Shown here: positions 13,138 to 59,825 of the stretch, one piece after another
Layout of the letters: every line of letters begins with the position of its first letter
How positions within the stretch are numbered: position 1 is the stretch's first letter
Source: Ruditapes philippinarum
Lineage: Eukaryota
Length of the DNA: 64,000 nucleotides
Reading direction: 5' to 3'
NCBI RefSeq assembly: GCF_026571515.1
Contig: NW_026859523.1
Span: forward strand, 62,001-126,000
The notes under the pieces: generated by a model
Told to the model about the DNA's origin: nothing
Database searches by the model: none
The model's input: the letters and a program-made list of their open reading frames with translations, nothing else
Position numbers and translations under genes: made by a program

Positions 13138-13522
13138 GGGTATCTGGACATTGCTCTTCGGACAACCGCCCCCTCGGAAGTTTGCCCCCTTTTTCCAGTG
13201 GCGGTTATTTGCCCCTAATATATTTGGAAGGGACGGACATTTGTCCCCTTCCCTGTTTTAAAAATGTTAAAACATTTTATTGTTGAATTGATAGCTACCA
13301 AAATTCATCGCCTATTGTCGAAATTTCATTGTGCTTAAATACACAAAATGTCGTGCAAATTTGTGAAAGTCAAAATAGCACCCATAAATAAATGAACTAT
13401 TATGTATCCATTGACATACAAAAATCTATACACGAGATGACAAGTGACAAGTCACAACAGCAAAAAAAAGAAGGCAAACGTCCGGCGGGCAACTGCCCGG
13501 GGACAAATGTCTTAGAATCTCC
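13138..13522. mobile_element. MITE with imperfect GGACA(TT)TG(C/T)CCC-repeat TIRs
   Basis: Left end ggacattgctcttcggacaaccgccccctcgga; reverse complement of right end agacatttgtccccgggcagttgcccgccggacgtttgcc. No clear TSD. Confidence 0.55.
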
Positions 13523-13788
13523 ATTGTCTGATACGAAATTCTATCAAAATAATTATTAATACTTCAACATACTTTCGAATACAGACCTATTCACTTTATT
13601 ATTGACAAATTACACATTTAGCTTTTTTGATTATTATTATAAAGGGAAAAGCAAAGTTAAATGCAAAACGTTGATAAAAGCTTACCTATACTGTATATGC
13701 GTTGTGTTAAAAATAATATTTGTGCATTACATCAAATGTTCCGAATCAGCCATTGCTCAAGTAAATATAGTTTTACGGTGTGTAAGTT

Positions 13789-13972
13789 GGATATCGGCCT
13801 CGTACATCGATCTTTCTGTTTAGGAAAGACCTGGTCACGAATTTCATGAAACACTTCGAGCGCTAGTCACGAATTTCATGAAACACCTCGAGCGCTACGC
13901 GCTCTCGGTGTCACATGAAATTCGTGACCAGGTCTTTCCTAAACAGAAAGACCTCGTACTCGGTCGATATCC
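13789..13972. mobile_element. Small palindromic MITE with internal 31-bp tandem duplication
   Basis: tctttctgtttaggaaagacctggtcacgaatttcatg is mirrored by catgaaattcgtgaccaggtctttcctaaacagaaaga; ggatatcg/cgatatcc ends; gtcacgaatttcatgaaacac..cgagcgcta occurs twice. Confidence 0.8.
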
Positions 13973-13977
13973 TATAC

Positions 13978-14360
13978 AGATCGCTCAGCACGACATTATT
14001 GTTGTGAGTGTTTACTTTGGTAATGTAATGTTAGTTCTTTCCAATTTGGTGTTTTTCAAGTCGGGTGGTTCCAGTATTCCTCACTTGAATACTATTTAAT
14101 CACCCTTAGGATATGTGGCCTGCTTTTAATTTTGTCATTTGACAGCTTATGTGTGATATGCAGGCTTCATAACCTCCGATCCCCTTTAAAATTCCAGTTT
14201 ATTTAGTTTCACCCTTTGTTTTTATTGTTTAGGGCACACGCATTTTTGTATTTGAGGACCATTTGTCGCTTTTAGAAACGTATCACATTGAAGGTTACAT
14301 GGTAACCGGCGCCATATGAACACATCTGCAGTTGTAATTTTACCAGTTCATGTTAAATTT
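13978..14360 (-). repeat. Partial copy of the ~631-bp structured repeat family
   Basis: cagcacgacattattgttgtg, gggtggttccagtattcct and cacccttaggatatg are the reverse complement of 35760-35880. Confidence 0.8.
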
Positions 14361-15437
14361 TGAATTCTGTTTATACAAATAATACAAAAAATAAGAAGAT
14401 GCAAATTAATGTTTTATACTTAGTTTATATTTCATATCAATCTTAATTAACATTTAAAGATCCTGTAACACAATTTTTTCATGGTTTTATTTCATAAATA
14501 TGATGCTTAAATTAAGATTTGTCAATATTGTAAGTTCCAATAAGCATTATTTACAAAGATATTACCAAATTTAACATTTCATGTAAATAAAGGAAGGTAA
14601 TTAGAAATTTATTTTTTATAAATTCTAAGTCAAATTTTCCAATAAGAAATGAATGCATATAATTTTCTGATTAAATAGAATGTGCACATATATTTACAGT
14701 ATCGATTTTACATATTCTTCGATATTCGAAAATGGTTTTATTTGCATAATTATATAAATATATTAGATTTTGCAAGTGTGGTATACACACAGTGACAATA
14801 TCAATCACAAAACATACAGGATCTTTAAGATTCAATTATGAACAAAAACAGATATTTTTATGAACAAAAACAGATATTTTTAAAACAGTCACATTTTTAG
14901 AAACGAGTCTCAGTATTAAATATTTTGAAATGTAAGGGAAGTAATTACGAATCAAAAGCATTTAATGTAAGAGTAGTGTATCCTGTTTCTTGCATCTTAC
15001 TATTTTTACATATATTTTGTTTAATTTATTGACAGATTTATTGTTGACTAATGCCAATATTAATTCATAAGTGTATATACAAAAATGTGACTATGAGCTA
15101 TAATGGCTTTGTCAATTGTGTATTTTGAGATTAATGAAAGAATAAAGATTCTTTTTCTTCTTAAGCCGGTGTAAGGGCCCTCAACATTTTAACTGTTTGC
15201 CGTGTTGGACTTTCTTTAAGGATTCGGATTTTCTATATTTTTATTTAATCAGACGTTCACGTATTAGCAAATATTACAATATATAACAGTTTATGGTTTT
15301 CTAATTTCAAAATGTTAAAATGTTAAATTTTAAAAACATTTAAAAACAAAATTTGATTTCCTTTGAAACAACGTTGAATTCGAAAACATAATAAAAGACC
15401 AAAAACGTACATAATTCACAAGGAACTATTGTTTTTG

Positions 15438-16601
15438 TTATTCATACACCAGGTAGCCTGAAAACGTGCTCGTTCTAAGCGTGCTATATCCTTCAATATC
15501 ATCACCCGCAACAGCAGCAGACACCCAGACAGATTCACCGGCATTTAAATGAACCAACACAACATTGCCACCTTGAATGTTTTGCCCTTCGGGTATCGGA
15601 TCAGCAATTGCACTTGACACAATATTTTTATTCACGACTAAATGAAATATTGACTGAAAATCGTGGAAATCTTCGACAAAGAATATAAGCATGTAAACTC
15701 CACTTCTTGGGACTGTAAATACTCCAGTGTAATTGTTAAATCCATTCCCCTCGTTAAGGGGAACATTCTCAAACTGAACAGTTTGGTCTTTACCCATAAA
15801 TCTTACTTCATGGTCCACGTAAGCTGAAAATGCAATGTTGTCTCCCTCTTGTCTCTTAACTGAAACAATAGAATGGGAAACTTATTTCTAGCGTAAATGT
15901 AACAAGATTCTTCGGCTCAAATAAAAACAATCGAAAGTATAAGTTTCGATATAACTGCAAAATTCAAAAGATAAAAAGAATTGTTATTGATAGAAAGTAT
16001 TAGAAATACTTCTGCATTGAAAAGATACTTTTTAATTGAAATAAACGAATGTTGTACAACAGTAATTGCCATATAATATTTGCCTTTTATATAATATATT
16101 TCCGTAAAGCGTTTGTAAAAGTGATGTCTGACATGAGTTTATTTTAGTGTAGAATATGTTAAAACTAATTATAGTTCAATATTCCACTAAAGAACAATAC
16201 CTCTTTTATTATCTACCCTTTTGTTGAAAAAATCAGTGTTATTTCTTGTTCTATTGAACAATGGCTCTGTATATGCGTCTTCTGTCGTCCCTGTCGCAAC
16301 TTTATGTTGAGAATCACTCAGAAGTCTATCAAAGTCTATCAAACATGCCATCCAGACGTTGTTCTAGATTTTTGTTATTCTCAATTTGATTTTCCAATTG
16401 TTCCTTCAGCAAACTGTAATCGGATTCAAGAACAGAAACCTTTTGAGATAACTTTTTGTTATCAGATACTAAGTTTAACACAACTTCCTCACTTACATAA
16501 CGTTCAGGCTGCTTTTTAAAGTCGACACCGATTGGGTGAGTGCTACAACCAAATATTGCTACTCCTACCAAAACTAAAACGATAGTATTACCACACTTCA
16601 T
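15438..16601 (-). pseudogene. Secreted C1q domain-containing (C1qDC) gene copy 1: signal peptide, coiled coil, gC1q; frameshifted by a 10-bp tandem duplication
   Basis: Exon 1 16601-16201 (MKCGNTIVLVLVGVAIFGC.. heptad region); exon 2 15859-15438 (IAFSAY..VQFENVPLNEGNGFNNYTGVFTVPRSGVYMLIF..HLNAGESVWV..STFSGYLV). aagtctatca occurs twice at 16322-16341; removing one copy restores the frame to the phase-1 donor. Confidence 0.85.
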
Positions 16602-17084
16602 TTTAAACGATCTTTTTCAGAAAAGCAACCTTGCAGAAGGCTAGGTTGTTACAGAATGAGGAGATGTTATCATAACTTGTATAAATAGGATTTGTGAATA
16701 AAAAAAAATTGTTGATAAAATTGTTTGCATTTTGTCAACCGAACCTATCAACAAAACTATTGTATTATTTAAACAAACATGTCCTTTTTAAAATTTTTGA
16801 TGCAGGGAGTTATATCGGAAATAGCTGTCACGATCACCAGGTTATTTAATTCTATTCAGTTAAACCCTCTATTTTTCATAATGTTTCATGATTATGTTGA
16901 ATTTATTTCACCATTTTTAGAATGATTTTTGTTTTGGTTAAAATAGAATCGAACTATTGAGCTATGTTAGATTCCAAGCGGAATAATATTTTTTTATCAT
17001 ATTCGTTCAATTTAATTTCTTAGTTATATAAACATTAATACTTATACATACACTGTACATCAATATTAATAACAACATCATATA

Positions 17085-17790
17085 AAAAGAGAGAAATAAA
17101 GAATCCCTAAAGAACGTACAAAACGACGAAATTGAAAATGTTGCATGCTCGGTTTGATTGAGCCTGTTCATGGACATGGGAAATGGTAAATGCAAGTTAT
17201 TGTCCACGCCCCTAGCACAGGCTTAAGCAGTATTCAACATTAAACATGAACTGGTAAAATTTGGAATTGTGAAACATCCGCAGATATGTTATCAAGGAAC
17301 TTTCAATGTGACACGTTTGTGCCATTCCATGAAAAGCGGCATATGGCTCCCAAGTAAAAATGCGATTGCACTAAATGAGAAAACAATGGGCGAAACTAAA
17401 CAAAATGGAATTTTGAAAGGGGATAAGAGGTTATGAAGCCTGTATATCACAGATAATACGTCAAAAGACAAGTTTTGAAAGCAGGCCACATATCCTAAGG
17501 GTGACTCAACAGTATTCAAGTGAGGAATACTGGAACCACCCAACAAGAAAACAGCCGCATTGAAAGAACTAAAATACAAGAAGTACAACAATAATGCCGT
17601 GCTGAACGATCTTAAAGGATCGGAAATATAACATCCCTGATTAAATATACGGGGGACTTTTTACATCCTCCACACGCCACAAACAACGCTGATTAGGAGA
17701 GAAAATAGAGAGAAATAAAGAAACCGTAAAGAACGTACAAAACGACAAAATTAAAAATGTTGCAGGCTAGGTTTGATTGAGCCTGTTCGA
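17085..17790 (+). repeat. ~1.15-mer of the ~631-bp structured repeat (first ~90 bp repeated at the end)
   Basis: gagaaataaagaa.cc.taaagaacgtacaaaacgac...tgattgagcctgttc occurs at both ~17091 and ~17710. Confidence 0.85.
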
Positions 17791-17879
17791 ACACTGGATA
17801 GACCTTTGAAAGTCAATTTCAAAGAACTTAATTTCAAAACATAATATGACCGTACATCTCTTAATAATATAATCTTCTA

Positions 17880-18351
17880 AACCGTAAACAAGTCTAGGCA
17901 ATCCAACCAAATTTAGGTGGGATGCATCTTGTGAGTGCGTACTGGCACTGTCAAATTCGTATTTTATGGTCACTCTTTTTTTTTCAACAAAGTTTCCCAC
18001 CACCATTTTCTTTTGAGGTTTCTTTAAACCAAAGGATTCAAAACACGCATTAACCTTATTGTGTTTGAATATAGTTGTTCGTCATGTGGTGCCTCTACCA
18101 CAAAAGCATTGGAAATGCCCGTATTTGCGGGGTGTAGAAAACTATCAACCATGCGATGAGACTCTTCAAAGGCACTTCCGGTGTAGTGAACACTGTCATG
18201 TAGTGTGATCAGCTCATTTACCATGCTGGTTGTACCATAATAACTATACGTACAGACTTCTGTTTTCAATAAGGTTTTATGAAGCTGATAACTGTTCACA
18301 CTTTTACAATCTAACCAAAAAGTTTGTAACTTGTTAAATTCAACGTTTGCC
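17880..18351 (-). pseudogene. Orphan duplicate of the guanylyl cyclase terminal exon
   Basis: Homologous to 24296-24772 (YSYYGTTSMVNELITLHDSVHYTGSAFEESHRMVDSFLHP vs YSSYGNTSMENELITLNDSVHVTGSAFEETDRMVDSLLHP). The tttag|GGCAAA acceptor is retained, but there is an immediate stop (GKR*) and frameshifts. Confidence 0.85.
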
Positions 18352-20106
18352 CTAAAATCAGTTAATCAGAAAAATGCTGTAAAACAGAGAAAATTATATA
18401 AATGAAATATCTGCATGTTTAAAAACGGTTTTTATTTGATACTTTATTCTATGTGCTCCTTCAATTTCTAATTAAAGACGAATTTTTCTAAACAATAATT
18501 TACTTTTGACATGCGATAAATTCCAGAGCAAATTTTTAAAACATATACTTTAACATACTACGATCACGTTTTGCCCAAAAATTTGCACATTTTAAGCCTG
18601 AAAGCTTTTTTTCCCTTTTTTTTTTAAAAATTTCCCCGAAAGTTTGTTTTTTATAATTTTTTCAAAACCCGTTGGGAAATCAAAATTTCAAAAAAACTAA
18701 AATTTACCTAAATTTTAGTTTTCGCCTCCCGGGAAATAGAACATTGAAATTTTAATTTCTTTTGAACAAAAACAGGGCTCTTAATACATGAAAAGAGTAT
18801 TTGTTCAAGTCTGGGGGCCAATGATACCCTTTTTTTAAAAACACCAAAAAAAAAAAGCTTTTTTGGGGAAAAAAGCATAAAAAAACTTTTTTCTGAGGCA
18901 TTTTGGCCTGATAATTTATTGAAACAAACCCAAATTTTTATAACCCTGATCATAAACTCCCAAAATACCCTGGGGAGAAAACCAAAAAAATATTTTCATT
19001 ACTATAGATCTTAACTACCGGTGTTATTTTCAATATTTCAACAAAATAAAGCGAAGGATTACATGATTTAATACGTGAAAACTGATTAATCAGAAACAAG
19101 CATGTTAAGCAATGTTGGTAAAATGAATCTTTATTGAAAAATAATGGAATAGTAATTACTTATTCATATGATTTTTATATTCTTTATTGAGTTATTGATA
19201 GTTTTTTTGTTTTTCTTTATTTCATCTGAAATAAATAATGCACGAGGAAAATTAATTGTTCCTTAAAATAATATTTTACAATAACCTTTCATTTCGTATG
19301 GGATCTAAATCATTCAAATATATGTTCTTTTTCATCATCCACATGCTATGTTTCCAACACCAATATTTCAAGAATTATTTCCCCTTAGAATTTTCAATTT
19401 TACCGTAACCTCTCTATTTTTAGGATACCACACCAAACTTTAAATACGTGTTTCATATCATTACCGGTATCATATATGGTAAATTTATAAATATAGCACT
19501 TATATCTTTAGAATCATCCCCATTATTCATAGAATTTTCCTTAAAAATTGTATATTCTTACTTCTTTATTTCTTGAGGGAATTTATCTTTAACTTGAAAA
19601 AGATGTTTCATTTCATTACGCCAATCATATGTAATAAATATCTGGAAGAAGGATGGAGGTTGTTTTTTTATAACTCAAGCACCAATGTTTCAAGATTTGT
19701 CTCGCCGATGAATTTACATTTTCCTTATTCACTCTAAATTTCCTTTTCCAGGGATTTTCTTCAAAATTTGTTTTTCATATCATCACCCACTTCCTAACTG
19801 TAGCTTAATATTTGTAGAATTGTTCCCCCTTAAACTTGAAAGAGAATCCATATTTTTTCTCTTACAATTTTGTATGTCAGTGACATATTTCAAAGTTCAA
19901 ATTTATTTTCTTTTTCAACACTTGCATCATACTTGAGTCGAATTATAAGTCTAGTATTTTCAGAATTATCTCCATTTTTGTCATGTGGTGCGAAAAATGT
20001 TGTATCTGAGCGCTTATTTCAAAATTGATTTCTCATTTTTTACCGTGTCCAGTATTCTATTAGTCTGGCGTGATGTCTCCACTGACAACTTATTATTATC
20101 ATTATA

Positions 20107-20161
20107 ACAAACAAACAAACAAACAAACAAACAAACAAACAAATAAAAACAACAAACAAAC
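20107..20161. repeat. (CAAA)n microsatellite
   Basis: acaaacaaacaaac run. Confidence 0.9.
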
Positions 20162-20557
20162 ACGTTTTGCAGAACAGTATATTACGAAATTTGGGAATTA
20201 TAATCAATACAATAATATTCGTTTGTACACTACAATGTATGTAATAACTGTAATGTATTAACAATTAGAATATTTGAAGAAATGATCACATTCATAATTT
20301 TTCATACACATGCATCGATGTTTTTATTTTTTAATTCAATTGGAAGAATGAACTAATATTTTCAAATTATAGGAAGGGAATTTCTAACTTTCTAATTAAG
20401 AAGTTTCTAATTTGACTAAAAAAATTATACTATAAAGATGTTTAATTCAAAAACTAAAAACAAAAGCGTTTGATTCATTTTTTAAAACAAACTCAGCATA
20501 CAAAGTTTCAGTGCTTTAATAGCCGTTACACATTTAATTGTTTAAAAACAACTTTTT

Positions 20558-21699
20558 TTATTCATACACAAGGAAGCCTGAAAACGTGCTCGTTTTTCTT
20601 AGTATGCTATATCATTCAATAGTACTTCCTGCATTACAAGAAGACACCCAAACAGATTCACCGGCATTTAAATGAACCATCACAACATTGCCACCTTGAA
20701 TGTTTTGATCCATGCGAAAGGTTCAGCTATAGCAGTTGCCCATAATGTTTCTATTAACAACTAAAATTAAATATTGGAAATTTAAAACCTTTGGGAAAAT
20801 CCCTTCCCAAAAAAATAAAAAGAAAGGGAAACCCAAATCTTGGGACTGGGGAAAATACTCCATGTAATTTTTTAAATCCCTTTCCCCCCGTTAAGGGAAC
20901 ATTTCTCAACTGAAAAAGTTTTCTTTTTACCCCTAAATTTTCTTCTTTGGGCCCCGTAAGCTGAAAATGCAACGTGTTCACGTTCTTGGCTCTTTACTGA
21001 AAAAGTGAACAGGGTAAAAATTACAAGATAAAATGTGAGTACATCAAATTGTAATAAGATTAATCAGAATTAAAATAAATTCTTATATTTTGAAAGGGCA
21101 ATTTTTATTTCTATATTTCAAATAAAATGTCATTTATGCCTGGATGAATTCACTTAAAGATATCTGTGAATCGAATTGCGTCCTGCGACTCGACAAAAGT
21201 AAAAGACATAGAATAAATGCATGTAGAGATTTTGTTTAATTGGGGTCCGTCAATCACTTATATTCATAGAACATTAAATTTTGATATAGATTATGTTTAT
21301 ACTAAGTAGAATTTTGTTGTACAATACCTCTATCATAACCCGCCTTTTTGAAGAAAGACTCAGAGCTATATCTCATTGTATTGTACGATCGTTCTGTACT
21401 CCTTGCTTCCTCTGTTCTAGCTGAGGGCACATTGTGAAACAAATCATTTGCAGGTCTTAGATACATGTCACCATAACGTTGTTCCAGATTTCTATTTTTT
21501 CTCCATTTGATTTACTAACTGTTTCTTCATTAAACTAAAATCATTTTCAATAATTGACAACTTTTGTGATAAAATTTTTGTTATTGGAAACCAAGGCCAA
21601 CATAATTTCTTTACGTATACAAGGTTTAGGTTGCATTTTTAAGTCAACTGCCTAAGTGCTAACAACAAATAATGCAACGAAAACGTAACTAACCTCCAT
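20558..21699 (-). pseudogene. C1qDC gene copy 2 (frameshifted as written; part of it is low-quality sequence)
   Basis: Exon 1 21699-21328 (MEVSYVFVALFVVS..); exon 2 20996-20558 (HVAFSAY..QNIQGGNVVMVHLNAGESVWVSS..STFSGFLVYE*). Same intron position as copy 1. Confidence 0.75.
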
Positions 21700-22132
21700 T
21701 TTAAACGATCTTTTACACACACAAAACTTTGAAGAGACCTTTTTGTTACCGAATGCGGGGATGTTATCATAATTTGTGAATAAGAGTTGGTGATAAAATT
21801 GTTTGTTTTTTGTCTACCGAACATATCAACAAAACTATTGCATTATATAAACTGCAAGTCTTTAAAAATGCTTGATGCAAGGAGCTTTAATGGAAATAAT
21901 TGTCACGCTTACCAGATAACTGAACTTCAGACAGTTTAACTTTCTATATTTTATCATGTTCCTTGTCACAAATGATATTGATAAACGCGTGACCATTTTA
22001 GATTGTAACACATATATTTTATATTTAAAGTCGAGAATCACACTTGAGCTTTATCAAATAAGTGCAAAAGGAATTACTTATAAATTAGTTACTTTTTTGT
22101 ACAATTTAATTTCTGTGTAATATAACAATTAA

Positions 22133-24148
22133 TGTTACCTTTGTTAAAATTATGCCCTTAAAGATGTAAAGGTATAAATTATCAACGAGGCTGAGTTCGT
22201 TCAATACTTTTAATTGAAATGTCCATTCATTGTATGATCTCAGTATATTACTATATCAATATAAAGATCAAGTAGATTTAACCCAAGAGGTTAAAGTCAC
22301 ACCACAACTTCACATCAAGCACTTGTTTAAGCACCAATCAATATATAATCAGTATCAAGAAGATATCAATATGTAGATCAATATGAAGATCAAGCCCTGA
22401 AACAAACAAATATAGCAATACTTAATACATGTACATACTGAGATCATTAACACACATCACAATATATACAATTTAAAGTCATAGCATGATTTATAAAAAT
22501 ACAAACTCCCCCATCAAAAAGCCAATTTAACAGTCATTAAACCATTAAAATCCAAATTTAAATTTCTTTAAATATTAAATTAAAAGAACATTCCAAGTTT
22601 CGTTTTTTTATTAAAATTCTTTTGAAATAATTCTATTGGCCCCTTTTTAAAGAAAATAAATAAACTTTAAAAAGTAAAAACAAAAAGTAAATTATACCAA
22701 AAAAATTGTGGGTTTTGGGCTCAATGACAAATCATAAAATTTCCCTCCAAACTTTTGTGTTTAAATTTTAACATACTGGTTAAAATTAAAAAATGTGCAC
22801 AATAAAAGAAAGACAGTTTATTTTTATAATTACTTTCAAAAAAGGGTTTTTACTTGAAAAATTTCCAATTTTTCAGAGCCCTTTTAAACCCAAATCAATT
22901 TTACCCAAAAAACATGAATATTTTTTTTTAATAAAAATTTAGACATCAGTCAATTTTTAAATCAAACCCAAAAATTTAAAGGGTTTACCAACCTTTTTAA
23001 AATTTTTTCCAAAAAACCTAAACTTTCCCCGCTTTTTAGGAAAAAGACGTCCCCTCATTGTTTAAGGGTTTTGTGGTTACCAAAAAGGGAAATAATCAGT
23101 TTAAATTTATTTTATTAAAAATCTTAGAATTTTCCCTTGGCTTTTTTAAATTTTTTGAACGGTTAATTGTTCCCGTTGTCACAGTTTTTGGTTTGGGAAG
23201 GCAGACATGTTTTTTTAGTTGTTTCTAATAATAATTTTGGGTTTTTAATTTTTAAAAAGGAATTTTTGGGGAAATTTTGGATTGGAAGGGTTTTTGGGGA
23301 AATTTTAAAATTGGTTTCTTTTTTTTAAGTGAGTTACAAATGAGCTGTGTGTCTAAAGTTTATTAAAATAAGATATTCATGTATATTTGTACATTGATTT
23401 TTTTTACAATGCATCTGATAATGGCAGCATATTTAAAGTAAATATCTATTTGCAGTAATTAATATAAATCACTGTCATTCTCTATTTGTGCACATGTTTA
23501 ATTACAGTATGTTGCAGTAACATCACAAGATTGAGAGGATTTTTGTATGAGTGTCATTGAGTCCAATCCACAATTGGTATGTATAATTGTACAAGTCATA
23601 TTATTGTTTTTACTATTTTATAAGTTAACTATATTCATTTAATAGGCCACTGGATTGAATTGTTTCATATTGAATATAATACAGAAAACTGTACTTGGAA
23701 TGTTCATTAATTAAATATTAAAGTAATTAATTGATGTAATGGTTTAATGACTGTTATATTGGCTATTTGATGTGAGATGTATGTTTATAATCATGCTATG
23801 ACTTAAATTGTATATATTGTGATGTGTGTTTAATGATCTCAGTATGTACATGATTTTAGTATTGCTATATTTGTTTGTTTTCAGGGCTTGATCTTCATAT
23901 TGATCTACATATTTGATATCTTCTTGATACTGATTATATATTGATGGTGCTTAAACAAGTGCTTGATGTGAAGTTGTGGTGTGACTTTAACCTCTTGGGT
24001 TAAATCTACTTGATCTTATATTGATATAGTAATATACTGAGATCATACAATGAATGGACATTTCAATTAAAAGTATTGAACGAACTCAGCCTCGTTGATA
24101 ATTTAATACCTTTACATCTTTAAGGGCATAATTTTAACAAAGGTAACA
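22133..24148. mobile_element. ~2-kb foldback DNA element, TGTTACC...GGTAACA termini, ATTAA target duplication (Ginger-like termini)
   Basis: 22133-~22500 is a near-perfect reverse complement of ~23790-24148; recognisable symmetry continues to ~22950/23340. attaa at 22128-22132 and 24149-24153. The paralogous empty site is at ~17011-17080. Confidence 0.85.
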
Positions 24149-24295
24149 ATTAACATTAATACATACAATAAATATTAATAACAACATCATATGAACAATA
24201 GATAGACTCAATATGAAAAAAAAAATCAATTTCAAATGATAACAATATGACAGTTCATCCACATTAAAAGTTGAAATACCACGGTAAATAATCTC

Positions 24296-59825
<35,530 letters not shown>

